DNA from: a virus
Taxonomy: Duplodnaviria; Heunggongvirae; Uroviricota; Caudoviricetes
Reading direction: 5' to 3' (one strand)
IMG/VR virus record: IMGVR_UViG_3300005323_000036
Length of the DNA stretch: 35,305 nt
The stretch's first letter is position 1. Each line of letters begins with the position of its first letter. The notes below the pieces were generated by a model, which saw only the letters and a program-made list of their open reading frames with translations, searched no databases and was not told the DNA's origin. The translations under genes and the position numbers were made by a program. This document shows positions 8,619 through 18,256 of the stretch, piece after piece.

Positions 8619-9206
8619 TTATGCCTTTGTATACTGACTTAATACTTTAACAAATACAGTCTTTGCACCTGCAGCACCTGCACTATTATCGACTGAATAT
8701 TCGCATTTTCCAATTACAACGTCACCGGTTGTTGCCGGTTCTGCATATCCACCAGTTGCTGATGCAACTTCATCTCCTACAACGAATGTAGTTGATGCTG
8801 CTACTGGAACACCGATTACACGCCCTGTAATTAGTGGTTCTACTGTTACAATTGGGAATTTCTTGTAGTCTTCTGCGTAAGTTGAACCACCACCAGTTCG
8901 ATCTGCTACTGCCGGAAGATAGATATCTGCTGCTGCAAGTAGAGACTGATTTCCATAGTATTCAGGATCTTTGGTAGTTACATATGCAAATCCTTCTGCT
9001 CTTCCACCATTTGTACATGGAATTGCTACTGGGAAGGTGGGTGCATCAGCATCGTAGGTTGTGCTTACTGCGGTCTTGAGTAGTAATCCAGAAAACTTTA
9101 CTGGGTATGGCGTATAGTAACCATCAGGATAGATCGCAGGAGAGATTTTTCCTCCCTGTGTATCATAGATCTGGTTATACGCAGTTCCTCTAATATCGGT
9201 TGTCAT
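8619..9206 (-). CDS. Capsid decoration/cement protein
   Basis: 195 aa, A/G/T/V-rich; FVVGDEVAS..VIGKC..VFVKV pattern; between protease and capsid. Confidence 0.6.
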   Translation of the reverse strand: MTTDIRGTAYNQIYDTQGGKISPAIYPDGYYTPYPVKFSGLLLKTAVSTTYDADAPTFPVAIPCTNGGRAEGFAYVTTKDPEYYGNQSLLAAADIYLPAVADRTGGGSTYAEDYKKFPIVTVEPLITGRVIGVPVAASTTFVVGDEVASATGGYAEPATTGDVVIGKCEYSVDNSAGAAGAKTVFVKVLSQYTKA

Positions 9207-9208
9207 TT

Positions 9209-10402
9209 TTAAACACCTATTTTTGTATTAAATTTCGCTGCAATTTTTTCACGAATGTGCGCTGGAATGTTTCGTAGATGCTGATCAATTCCTGCAAGTC
9301 GTGCTCTATCCATTAGAGATTCCGGGCTATTAGGTTGGCCTCCCTCACTTCCAATTTTAATGTCTGATGTAGATGAGGAGGTCATAGGCTGACTCTTAAT
9401 AACCTGTTCTCTATATGCTCGTAATGCAGAAATCTGGTCTTCAATTTTCATACCCTTTAGTGGAGTAATGAAACTTTCAACACTTGCATTACGATTTTTT
9501 AGTTCAGATACAAGATCGTCGAACTGTTTCTGATGAATAGATTCTACTCTCTGGCGTTCCTGTTTTAGAAGATTATCCTTTTCCTGAAGTGCAATCTGAA
9601 CCTTTGCATATTCATCAAACACTTCCTTTCCTACAGGATCAACATACTGCGCCTCGGTTAGAATAGATTCACCGTCTTCAGATTCTTCATTAGATTCTTC
9701 ATTGACAATATTAGTTACTTTCTTTGGTCTACCGCGTTTTCCTGGTGTTTTAGTTAGGAATTCTTTACCAGGATTGCTTTTAAGAGATTCGATTTCATTT
9801 TTTAGAACATTAATCTGTTCTTCATATTTCTTTGAAATACCAGCACTAACTTCCTCTACAATTTTAGTAATATCAAGTGTAGAAGGAGTTGCTGTAATTT
9901 CGGTTTTTGGTTCTTGTGAAGTTGTAGTATCTTGTGATTCTGTTTCTGTCATTATTACCTCTGGAGCAGAAAATTTAAATGTTGAAATTTCAGTTTCTGT
10001 TCCATCTATTGCTGGATTTGGAACAAAACAAACACGTTTAATACGTTTACCTATAATTTTTCCAGTTGCACTATCTCCAAAATTACTAATTTCAGCAGAT
10101 AATGCTCTGGAATTACCATTCATTATTGCTTTCTTAAATGACTCTTCATTGAAGACATAGCCATTATGTTCAATGGTATCTCCATTACGTGTTAATTTTG
10201 TAATATATCCAATAGTAGGAGAATTATCATCATGACCAATTGCAAGTGGAATACTTCCATTGCTGTTATTAAATAGTTCAGTTAAATCTTCTTCTGTAAT
10301 TCTGACAGGTATTCCGGGTTTTGATGGAATCCACTCTCCAACACCAAGTATAGATCCCGATGTAGTGAAAATGTTCCCAACATCCTTTGACACTTCTGCC
10401 AT
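9209..10402 (-). CDS. Prohead protease-scaffold fusion (Mu gpI-like)
   Basis: N-terminal IPLAIGHD, RALSAEI and VCFVPNPAI motifs; C-terminal coiled coil; contains AT-hook-like PGKRGRPKK. Confidence 0.7.
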   Translation of the reverse strand: MAEVSKDVGNIFTTSGSILGVGEWIPSKPGIPVRITEEDLTELFNNSNGSIPLAIGHDDNSPTIGYITKLTRNGDTIEHNGYVFNEESFKKAIMNGNSRALSAEISNFGDSATGKIIGKRIKRVCFVPNPAIDGTETEISTFKFSAPEVIMTETESQDTTTSQEPKTEITATPSTLDITKIVEEVSAGISKKYEEQINVLKNEIESLKSNPGKEFLTKTPGKRGRPKKVTNIVNEESNEESEDGESILTEAQYVDPVGKEVFDEYAKVQIALQEKDNLLKQERQRVESIHQKQFDDLVSELKNRNASVESFITPLKGMKIEDQISALRAYREQVIKSQPMTSSSTSDIKIGSEGGQPNSPESLMDRARLAGIDQHLRNIPAHIREKIAAKFNTKIGV

Positions 10403-10419
10403 TGCGAAATAAAAAGTAG

Positions 10420-10435
10420 TTTACAGTATATAAAT
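10420..10435 (-). promoter_or_regulatory. Late promoter
   Basis: Perfect ATTTATATACTGTAAA, 25 nt before ATG 10402. Confidence 0.8.
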
Positions 10436-10563
10436 GAATTGATGGAAAAGAGGAATGGATCGGTTATAGATCTATTATATTTATTTATATTATTAAATTA
10501 TTTTATTAAATATAATGTTAAGATGACAGTGGATCTATTATTGACACATCTTCTTTCTCCCCA

Positions 10564-12198
10564 TTAACTATAATTTTCTTGGTCTTCTAAATCTTTACTT
10601 ACTGCTTCCCCCATGTCGGTTGGCTGTGTTGATGCACTTCGGGATGTTGTTGGGTATTGTGTAGTTCCATTAGAACGATTGCCTTGGATTCCTCCAAAAT
10701 TTGTAGATGGATTAGATTCAGTCATTTCTTTTTCAGATCCATCTTTAAATAGATTTTCTTCACCTACTATAATTCCATCAGGTGTAACAAGCCCTTCTTC
10801 ATTAATTTGCTCACTTGTTAGAGCAGGATGATCTACTTTTGCACGAATTTCAGTAGGTGTAAACAATCCAGTTGCTTTTTGCATAGTAATTATCTTGTAA
10901 TTTTCAAGTTCACTCTGTGCGAGTTTGAATGATATCTTGATATCTAGATATCTAACTGGAAATTCTGGATTAATTTCAATTAAACGTTCTTTTATATTTT
11001 CAAGGACAACTTTACCAATTTTACTTGCAATTTGCTCAATACGAAGTGATACGCCGGATGATGTGATTAGTTCACTAGCATATGAACCATCAGATTTCCC
11101 TCTTATTACAGATGCTGGCGTACATAACCCATCCCATATTGAGTTTTCTATCTGATTTAACAGATTGTTACTATCCATGTAATCAGACGATGAGTGTTCC
11201 ACTGATTTAATTGATACATTAGAAGATGTAACATAATGCTGATCTGGATTTTTCTTTGATATTGCATCTGCATGTGCTGCAATTGCTCTTGACATTTGAG
11301 CATTAGCATAATCTACAAGTTTATCTTTACTTACCATCCCTTTATACTGTAATGGATCAAATGCTTCTGCTGCAAGTGTATGGTGCTCTCGTGGAACATT
11401 ACCCCATCTCCATAATGTTTCAGTAATTAAAACCTGACCTTTAAGCCATATTGAAGATAGGCATCGTTGAAGTGGGCTCACTGCATAAATTCCAAATGTA
11501 TATCTTCCCCATGAATCTTTTAAATTAACAGGAACATCACTTAATTTAATATGAATAAACTCATTTTTATTTAATACTTTTTCGGTATGAAGTCCCTCGT
11601 CAATGATGAGATAATTTTCTTCAGTAATTAGATGATCTATTGGAGTTCCATTATTTTTATACTGTAGTTCATCGATAATAGTTACACGATTATTTGGAAT
11701 TACAGTGAGTGAAAAGTTTGCATTCTTTTTTAGAAATATTTCACCTTGTGTAAGGATAACCGCAGCCCATGTTTCAAAGCATTTAGTTTTAACATCATTT
11801 CTTCGTGCAATATCATTAGCGGTATCCTTCATTTTGTCAAGAAGTTTCTTTTCAACATCTTCATCAGACTGAATTTCACCGGTTTCATCATCTTCATATT
11901 CTTCTATATTATCAAATTCAGAACTATCAATAAGTCTAAAGTAATCGAATGAAGATCGAATCATTTCACTCATTTTAGTGACATATGAAGCAATTTCTGG
12001 TTCATGAATCAAAAGATGTTCATATAGATCCTGCGCACACATCCCATTCCAGTCATACATGTCAATGAGATATTTAGCAGAATTATTCATTATTTTAGAT
12101 GCTGGGGCACCATCATGAACTCTTATGCTAGTAATATCTGCTGGAGCATTATAAGCAAATCTTGAAAATTTCTCGGTGATGATATCGAAAAGTTTCAT
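10564..12198 (-). CDS. Portal protein
   Basis: About 545 aa between terminase and protease; GIYAVSPLQRC clip-like motif; disordered acidic tail. ATG 12198 fits TATA spacing better than 12210. Confidence 0.75.
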   Translation of the reverse strand: MKLFDIITEKFSRFAYNAPADITSIRVHDGAPASKIMNNSAKYLIDMYDWNGMCAQDLYEHLLIHEPEIASYVTKMSEMIRSSFDYFRLIDSSEFDNIEEYEDDETGEIQSDEDVEKKLLDKMKDTANDIARRNDVKTKCFETWAAVILTQGEIFLKKNANFSLTVIPNNRVTIIDELQYKNNGTPIDHLITEENYLIIDEGLHTEKVLNKNEFIHIKLSDVPVNLKDSWGRYTFGIYAVSPLQRCLSSIWLKGQVLITETLWRWGNVPREHHTLAAEAFDPLQYKGMVSKDKLVDYANAQMSRAIAAHADAISKKNPDQHYVTSSNVSIKSVEHSSSDYMDSNNLLNQIENSIWDGLCTPASVIRGKSDGSYASELITSSGVSLRIEQIASKIGKVVLENIKERLIEINPEFPVRYLDIKISFKLAQSELENYKIITMQKATGLFTPTEIRAKVDHPALTSEQINEEGLVTPDGIIVGEENLFKDGSEKEMTESNPSTNFGGIQGNRSNGTTQYPTTSRSASTQPTDMGEAVSKDLEDQENYS

Positions 12199-12279
12199 AA
12201 TGAGATACATGTTGAATTTACATTATTTAAAAGAAGAGAGAAAGAAAGATTTTTATAGTTTTAAGTTTAATTAATAGTA

Positions 12280-12438
12280 ATGAAAATAGAAACCGTAGAA
12301 GAAGAAAATGAAATAGTTAAAATTACAATTAATAATTTAGAGAGTTTGATAAATTATTCAGTTGAAAAAGGTTCATTAAGAAAGGCATCTAAATATGCCG
12401 ACGTATTAAAGATTTTTGTTGATAAGTTAGGCAATTAA
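12280..12438 (+). CDS. Hypothetical protein (52 aa)
   Basis: Manual ORF MKIETVEEENEIV..., preceded by GAAAGATTTTTATA. Confidence 0.45.
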   Translation: MKIETVEEENEIVKITINNLESLINYSVEKGSLRKASKYADVLKIFVDKLGN

Positions 12439-12450
12439 TATTATATAATA

Positions 12451-12594
12451 ATGGTTTTTAAAGAATGTATCCATTTTAACTCATGGAGTGAATGTAAAAA
12501 TGAAAATATCAATCTTAAAACATGCCCATTTAAAGATTTAGGATTAGAAAATTCATATCTTTATAAAGGGATATGTTGTAAAGGATATGAATAA
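12451..12594 (+). CDS. Cys-rich miniprotein A (47 aa)
   Basis: MVFKECIHFNSWSECKNENINLKTCPFKDLGLENSYLYKGICCKGYE; paralog of the next ORF. Confidence 0.65.
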   Translation: MVFKECIHFNSWSECKNENINLKTCPFKDLGLENSYLYKGICCKGYE

Positions 12595-12623
12595 ATTTAA
12601 ATATTTATACAGCAATTATAAAT

Positions 12624-12770
12624 ATGACAGAAAAACATAGAGATTGTAAATATTTACTTGATTTTGAAAAGTGTAACAATACTAATATAAATAGTAGGGA
12701 ATGTCCATTTATGTATATCCCTACTTACAGGGAAGAATTTATGTATAATTGTTGTAAAGGATATGAATAA
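12624..12770 (+). CDS. Cys-rich miniprotein B (48 aa)
   Basis: MTEKHRDCKYLLDFEKCNNTNINSRECPFMYIPTYREEFMYNCCKGYE; same Cys spacing and end as A. Confidence 0.65.
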   Translation: MTEKHRDCKYLLDFEKCNNTNINSRECPFMYIPTYREEFMYNCCKGYE

Positions 12771-13075
12771 AATAAATTACTCTTTTACTCTTCTATTCTT
12801 TCTACTACTATCTTCTCAAAATTGCTTAATTTAATGGTGTCTCGTATATATTTTGATAATTGACATTTACAATCTGATGTATCGTTATATTCTTGAGATT
12901 CATTATCTATTGTTATTAAAAATTTCATGTTGATTTCACATATTCAACAATACTTTCAGCCCATCGTAAAAGATTTTGTTGTTTATTTGATTCAAGATTT
13001 TCAAACTTATCATTGTATGCATATGAAATCATTTCAGCGACATTTTCTTCTAAAGTCACGATAAAAAGATAAAAT

Positions 13076-13091
13076 TTTACAGTTTATAAAT
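13076..13091 (-). promoter_or_regulatory. Late promoter
   Basis: ATTTATAAACTGTAAA, 24 nt before GTG 13059 that opens two small coupled ORFs. Confidence 0.7.
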
Positions 13092-13129
13092 ATAAAGAGT
13101 AGGAAATAAAAGAAAATTATATATGTATC

Positions 13130-13453
13130 TTACTCGTCTTCGCTAGCGTCAATGTCTTTGTAATATGATTCAAGATCTAAATTTTTTAGGCGCAATCCTG
13201 TTTTCTTGAGTCTTTTACTACGGTCTTTAAATGACTGCTTTAGGCGTTTTATATTTTCAGATCTATTTTTTCTAACAAATACACAAAAATGTCTATATTC
13301 AAGATTTGTCATCTTATAAGAGCAATTATCCATCTCTGAAATTAATTTTTTATGAAACATGCAGAAGTTATATTCTCCAGTTTTCATATTCATTATACAT
13401 CCTTTACAGAGACTTGGTGGATATAATCTCTTATATCTTCTAGGTTTATACAT
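13130..13453 (-). CDS. Basic Cys-containing hypothetical protein
   Basis: Track ORF, 107 aa, CxxC..C..C pattern. Confidence 0.6.
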   Translation of the reverse strand: MYKPRRYKRLYPPSLCKGCIMNMKTGEYNFCMFHKKLISEMDNCSYKMTNLEYRHFCVFVRKNRSENIKRLKQSFKDRSKRLKKTGLRLKNLDLESYYKDIDASEDE

Positions 13454-13467
13454 AAAAATTGTGAATT

Positions 13468-15045
13468 TTATACAAATACCATTGGTCCTAATGGTGTGAA
13501 TTTAGTTTCAGTAAATGTTTCATCACTTTTTAAATACCATATGCAATTTGCTACAGTATCAGAAACATCTTTTGAAGAATACGCGGTGTGATTTGTTTTT
13601 CTTCTTCCAGAATCTGTTATTTGGACAATTAATTGGTTTGCTTCGTTTTCAAGATATTCATCATATACTACACTAACTTCATCAGCATCTTGCAATTCTC
13701 TCCATCTGTCATAATCTTCTTTAAGAACTATATGCTTGATTACATCTACTCCCATTTCATCGTCTATATATTCAACTAATTCAGGCGCTAGATCAGTATC
13801 ATAAAGAAATGTATCTACATTAAGATGATTGATTGCAGGAACAACAAAATTTCGTATATCAGATGGTTTTATAAAACTTTCATCTTTATTTGTTTTCTGG
13901 AATTTCCTCACACCATCGATAATAGGTCTTCCACTTTTACTCATATAACCGCATCCAATTCCAAATGCATCGTTTCTCCAAGCAGGATCAATTGCCATTA
14001 CATGAGGAATCATTTCTCTATTTCTTGGTTTTATGCCCAATAATTCATAATCAACTTGCAATACATTGGTTATTGATTTATCAAGTTTAACTCTTTCAGG
14101 AAACTGCAATCCACCAGATACATTAGGTTGATTTGCAAAATCTCTATAAAATTGTTCCATCCTGTATCTAAACTCTTCCATTAAATCTTCTTTCTTAATC
14201 CGTGGGTTCATTTCCCAAGTAGGAAGATCATATACAAGAGTTTTTCTTTCTTTTAAACCAGCATTATAGAGTTTTGTAATCATTCCATCAGGATACTGTG
14301 TAGATGAAATAGCAATGCATTTACCATCATCCCCGAGTGTCTGTGTAGAATTTACAAGTTTTGACCAAACAATTTCAGCGCCTACTTTTGAATCTGTTCG
14401 CTGCCATAAATCTACCTCATCTCCAAAAATAGCCTTTGATGTAGTTCCTGTACCTGCTCCAGAATCTGCTTTAGCAGCACTTACAGTAGCATATATGTTC
14501 TTTTCTTTTATTTCTATTTTATTTTCTATTACATTAACGTCAAACCATTGATTAAACCACTCATTATCATCTATATCAATCTTCATGAAATTGAATATAC
14601 CAATCATGGCTTGCTCTTTACCGGCAGATACACAACTAATACCTATCTGCTGTCCTTTCATTAAGCCATAATGTTCCGCAGGAGTCTTTGTAAATGAACA
14701 TGTTGCCAACTCAAAGAACTCATACGTGGCTATTTTTCCTCCTGTGGCAGATTTTCCGCCCCTCTGACCGATACGCCCGATTAGCTTCTTGTATTTCGGA
14801 AAAGAAGGATTATACTTGTCCCGATAGAATTCACGAATGATCTCTTCTTGCTTTGGAAATGGAACCCAACCTAACTTTTCTTCCATAAACCAAATTGGAT
14901 CAAATCTACCTCTTAATACATCGGCAGTAAAATCTTCAAAATCCTTACCAGTTAAAGTTTCTCCGGTGGTTATTTCAAAATTATCAGTATTTAATCCAAG
15001 TGCAGAATTAACAAGTTTCTGATTTTGTTTTCTAGGTCGTCCCAT
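13468..15045 (-). CDS. terL: Terminase large subunit
   Basis: Walker A GQRGGKS, Walker B IFGDE, motif III ISST, RNase H-like nuclease residues (MAIDPA..NDAFG; KDVSD). Confidence 0.9.
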   Translation of the reverse strand: MGRPRKQNQKLVNSALGLNTDNFEITTGETLTGKDFEDFTADVLRGRFDPIWFMEEKLGWVPFPKQEEIIREFYRDKYNPSFPKYKKLIGRIGQRGGKSATGGKIATYEFFELATCSFTKTPAEHYGLMKGQQIGISCVSAGKEQAMIGIFNFMKIDIDDNEWFNQWFDVNVIENKIEIKEKNIYATVSAAKADSGAGTGTTSKAIFGDEVDLWQRTDSKVGAEIVWSKLVNSTQTLGDDGKCIAISSTQYPDGMITKLYNAGLKERKTLVYDLPTWEMNPRIKKEDLMEEFRYRMEQFYRDFANQPNVSGGLQFPERVKLDKSITNVLQVDYELLGIKPRNREMIPHVMAIDPAWRNDAFGIGCGYMSKSGRPIIDGVRKFQKTNKDESFIKPSDIRNFVVPAINHLNVDTFLYDTDLAPELVEYIDDEMGVDVIKHIVLKEDYDRWRELQDADEVSVVYDEYLENEANQLIVQITDSGRRKTNHTAYSSKDVSDTVANCIWYLKSDETFTETKFTPLGPMVFV

Positions 15046-15046
15046 T

Positions 15047-15556
15047 TTATCTTTTATTGTTAAATTCCATTAATTTTTTCTGACAATTTGGGCATAATAT
15101 ATCTAATACCATTCCAGTATATTGTTTATAATCACCTTGTATCTGAACCAACTGCTGATAATATGTATCTCCTTTATTGAATTTTCCCTGAAGTTCAAAT
15201 ACAAGTTTATATGTATCACGAAGTTCTTTTACAACTTTTACAAGCCTGTCTATTGACTTTGGATCAAGATCATCTTCATTATCTGCCTGAATTTCAATCC
15301 AGTGTTCAATCATGTCTACCATGTTTCCCACCTTTTCCATCATAAATTCAGGATCTTGGATCTTTTCTGAAAATTTCTTCTTTGGAACAAGTGCTATATA
15401 TTCCATGTCATGATTTAATATGTGATTATCCACTTCAGCAACAGTCATATTAAAATGAAGTGCTGCATCCATTGGACGCTTTTCACCTCGTTGAAGTTTC
15501 TGTGTCCATTCGATACCTTGTGAAGATTCACATATTTTACAAGAACAATTATCCAT
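15047..15556 (-). CDS. Terminase small subunit (putative)
   Basis: Directly upstream of terL; CxCxxC, helix-turn-helix-like segment, coiled coil, C-terminal CPNC. Confidence 0.6.
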   Translation of the reverse strand: MDNCSCKICESSQGIEWTQKLQRGEKRPMDAALHFNMTVAEVDNHILNHDMEYIALVPKKKFSEKIQDPEFMMEKVGNMVDMIEHWIEIQADNEDDLDPKSIDRLVKVVKELRDTYKLVFELQGKFNKGDTYYQQLVQIQGDYKQYTGMVLDILCPNCQKKLMEFNNKR

Positions 15557-15576
15557 GATTTTAATCACATCTAACC

Positions 15577-15592
15577 TTTACAGTATATAAAT
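15577..15592 (-). promoter_or_regulatory. Late promoter
   Basis: Perfect ATTTATATACTGTAAA. Confidence 0.8.
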
Positions 15593-15790
15593 AAAAAAGA
15601 ATAAGAAAGGAAAGTATTAAGATAAATTAAGGATAATATAGTATATAGAAATTAAAATGAGAGAAATTATAGATAAAATCTCAAAGTGGTTTAAATCGTT
15701 AAATGAATCAAAAATAACTCAAACAAGATATGACTTCTACACTGATGGAACATATCGCAAAACTGTTACGGTTTTAAAGGAGCGCAAATA

Positions 15791-16081
15791 ATGACAGACT
15801 TAAAACTAAAAAATATATGTGCGGATGAAGTGGATTATACAACTGTTAAAATCCCATTGAAGCGTGGGGAGCCAATTAGCATGTTAACGCACGTAAGCAC
15901 ATCCGACCTCGTCCGGGAATTGGCAGGGAGAGAAGAGGTATCTAAGTTACTTGTGGAAAACTCGTTAAAATACAATATTGAGCAGGGAACTACCGATAAT
16001 AATGGAATTGGGCATTATGAAACACTATATATAGGAGAAGGCCCAGCCACTATCCTGGTCGTGAGGGGTGAGAGGGAATGA
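15791..16081 (+). CDS. Hypothetical protein
   Basis: Track ORF with GGAG RBS. Confidence 0.65.
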   Translation: MTDLKLKNICADEVDYTTVKIPLKRGEPISMLTHVSTSDLVRELAGREEVSKLLVENSLKYNIEQGTTDNNGIGHYETLYIGEGPATILVVRGERE

Positions 16082-16233
16082 GTAAACCAGAAACATGCTT
16101 CAAATGTGATTATCATGGGTATACGAGACAAAGAGTGGTTGTTTGCACTGAAAAAGACAATAAAATAATTGTTGATGGTGGATCAAAAATACAAGATTGG
16201 TGCCCGCTACCTGACGCCGGGGGGAGTGAATGA
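16078..16233 (+). CDS. Small zinc-finger-like protein (51 aa)
   Basis: MSKPETCFKC..C..WCPLP; ATGA-coupled to the previous ORF. Confidence 0.55.
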   Translation: MSKPETCFKCDYHGYTRQRVVVCTEKDNKIIVDGGSKIQDWCPLPDAGGSE

Positions 16234-16315
16234 TATCAGAAATTCTAGGTGTTGGATTGTTATTGCTAGTGATTTTTGCATATTTATTAGGGTATTTAAT
16301 TGTGAGGAGTTTGTA

Positions 16316-16510
16316 ATGACAATACCCCCTGTTTCCGTCAGGCAGGTTAGACCGTGCGACGAATGTGTATTTGCAGATTGGGAATATGAAACATGTAAAT
16401 TATTTAACCACTTTTTACAATCTCCAATATGCGAGTATAATTTTACACAAAAAGAAATGCAAGAATTAATTGAACATCATAACAAAACAGAAAAATTTAA
16501 AGGAGACTAA
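16316..16510 (+). CDS. Small Cys-containing hypothetical protein
   Basis: 3' part of track ORF 16169-16510; ATG 16316 overlaps a TAA (TAATG) and has a GGAG RBS. Confidence 0.55.
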   Translation: MTIPPVSVRQVRPCDECVFADWEYETCKLFNHFLQSPICEYNFTQKEMQELIEHHNKTEKFKGD

Positions 16511-16514
16511 AATT

Positions 16515-16787
16515 ATGGGACATTTTAAAAATGGTAAATATATACCGGTTGATTATGAAATAAGAGAATACCCAAAAGACAAGATATATGTTACACGTAA
16601 AGGAACAAAAACTACTAAAACAAAAGATATATTGTCTCTTGGAATTTCAGAATTCGATTCAATAGATAGAGATGATTTTAACAAACTTACATACGAAGAA
16701 CAAGTGAAACTTACAAATACATATTTTGCAGACTATAATGATCTATTAAATAGAATTATTAAACTTGAATCTAAAATTGGAGTATAA
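16515..16787 (+). CDS. MGxFxKGKW-tagged protein 1 (MGHFKNGKYIP)
   Basis: ATG 16515 after AGGAGA. Confidence 0.7.
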   Translation: MGHFKNGKYIPVDYEIREYPKDKIYVTRKGTKTTKTKDILSLGISEFDSIDRDDFNKLTYEEQVKLTNTYFADYNDLLNRIIKLESKIGV

Positions 16788-16791
16788 AATC

Positions 16792-17052
16792 ATGATTGGA
16801 AAATTTGAGAAGGGGAGGTGGGTTCCAGAAGTTTATATTCATCCATCTAAAAAAGAAGGTCACATGTGCTTCAATTGCGTATTCAACATTGTAAATCTTG
16901 ACAATTATCATACAGATTCGCACATTTGCTGCAATCCATTAACACCATATCATTGTATAGAACTGTTTGAACCTGTAAATTGCATTCGTCATGCTACAAG
17001 GCACGAACTTTACAATTATTACCATCACAGAAAACAAAATGAGAACATTTAA
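16792..17052 (+). CDS. MGxFxKGKW-tagged protein 2 (MIGKFEKGRWVP), Cys/His-rich
   Basis: ATG 16792 after GGAG. Confidence 0.7.
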   Translation: MIGKFEKGRWVPEVYIHPSKKEGHMCFNCVFNIVNLDNYHTDSHICCNPLTPYHCIELFEPVNCIRHATRHELYNYYHHRKQNENI

Positions 17053-17209
17053 AATAAGTTATATAAAAACTAAAACAATTATAACAGATCAAAAAGAATT
17101 AATAATTAATTCAGACGATGCAAATGATGCAGTTATAATTGGATATGAACAACTAGATGATTCTGGTTGGGACTTTGATAGATGCATTGAAATAATAAAT
17201 GAGGACTAA
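17039..17209 (+). CDS. Hypothetical protein (56 aa)
   Basis: MRTFKISY start within track ORF 16991-17209. Confidence 0.55.
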   Translation: MRTFKISYIKTKTIITDQKELIINSDDANDAVIIGYEQLDDSGWDFDRCIEIINED

Positions 17210-17215
17210 TATAAC

Positions 17216-17506
17216 ATGACAGGAAAATTTGTAAAGGGTAAATGGGTTGATATGAATCAAACATTAGTTCCATCTAAATACCAACAAAAAATTAAAGTTG
17301 TTCAAAATTTATTTCCGTCTCAATCATATATTGAAGTTAACGGACAGACTTTAAAGTGCAATGGAATAGAAATACATACAGGACAACAATCAAAAAGTTA
17401 TGGATATATAACTATTACAATACCACTGCGCGATTTTGAGTTTGAATCAGATTCAAGTGTATTGAACATTGAATGGAACGGTATGAAATTTAAAAGGGTG
17501 GAATAA
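17216..17506 (+). CDS. MGxFxKGKW-tagged protein 3 (MTGKFVKGKWVD)
   Basis: Track ORF, GAGG RBS. Confidence 0.7.
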   Translation: MTGKFVKGKWVDMNQTLVPSKYQQKIKVVQNLFPSQSYIEVNGQTLKCNGIEIHTGQQSKSYGYITITIPLRDFEFESDSSVLNIEWNGMKFKRVE

Positions 17507-17509
17507 ATT

Positions 17510-17971
17510 ATGGGACATTTTAAGAAAGGTAAGTGGATAGAAGAAGAACCACAAATGACACTAGATAATTATAATGAATCTACTGCTACAACTACAGTAA
17601 CAGATTGCAGTGAAAAAACGTCTTCTCATTCTTATGTAATTAAGGATGGAAAATGTGATAATAAATGGGAGTATACAACAACTAGACCCAATCCATCGAT
17701 AGTTAAAACTTTCATTACTCCTAAAGAATGTATTGATATTTATGATAATGGAACTACAATACATAGAAAAGCAAAGGATAATAAAGAATTTGCTTATCAA
17801 ATGGCCATTAAGCAAGCATATAAAACAGGCATATTTGAAATCCCATCAGACGACTACATTCCAGAAGATCTGTCAATTAAAGTAGATAGTGATGGGAATA
17901 TAATCAATGAAGAATATAATAATATGAAAAATGGAATTATTGATAGAATTAAGAAATTCATAAACAGATAA
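17510..17971 (+). CDS. MGxFxKGKW-tagged protein 4 (MGHFKKGKWIEE)
   Basis: Track ORF, GGTGG RBS. Confidence 0.7.
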   Translation: MGHFKKGKWIEEEPQMTLDNYNESTATTTVTDCSEKTSSHSYVIKDGKCDNKWEYTTTRPNPSIVKTFITPKECIDIYDNGTTIHRKAKDNKEFAYQMAIKQAYKTGIFEIPSDDYIPEDLSIKVDSDGNIINEEYNNMKNGIIDRIKKFINR

Positions 17972-18256
17972 ATTTAATTATTTCCCTTTAAACTACTACC
18001 TTTATATAATTACAAAATAAACATGTATTGATGACATATGATCCCATTTGGTTTGCAACTGATGAATTAAATGATAAACCTTATGCTAAATGGTATGTTC
18101 AATTTGAAACACATGAATATTTAAAAACACACTATCCACATGTAAATTATACATTTGTCTATAACACAAACTATTTCGGAGATGAAGGTGAAGAAGAAGA
18201 GTAGATAAGATTAATTATACATAAACACAATAATCTTTCCTCTTCTTATCATTATG

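Noticed and set aside
387-14551. Plus-strand track ORFs overlapping the structural genes (e.g. 387-578, 1379-1594, 2657-2968, 3527-3835, 9702-10160, 10613-10831, 13825-14043, 14315-14551)
   Set aside because: Antisense shadows of well-supported minus-strand genes, with no RBS or promoter support.
13468-15045. Intein or intron in the terminase or portal
   Set aside because: Lengths are typical, and no LAGLIDADG/HNH or intein end motifs were seen.
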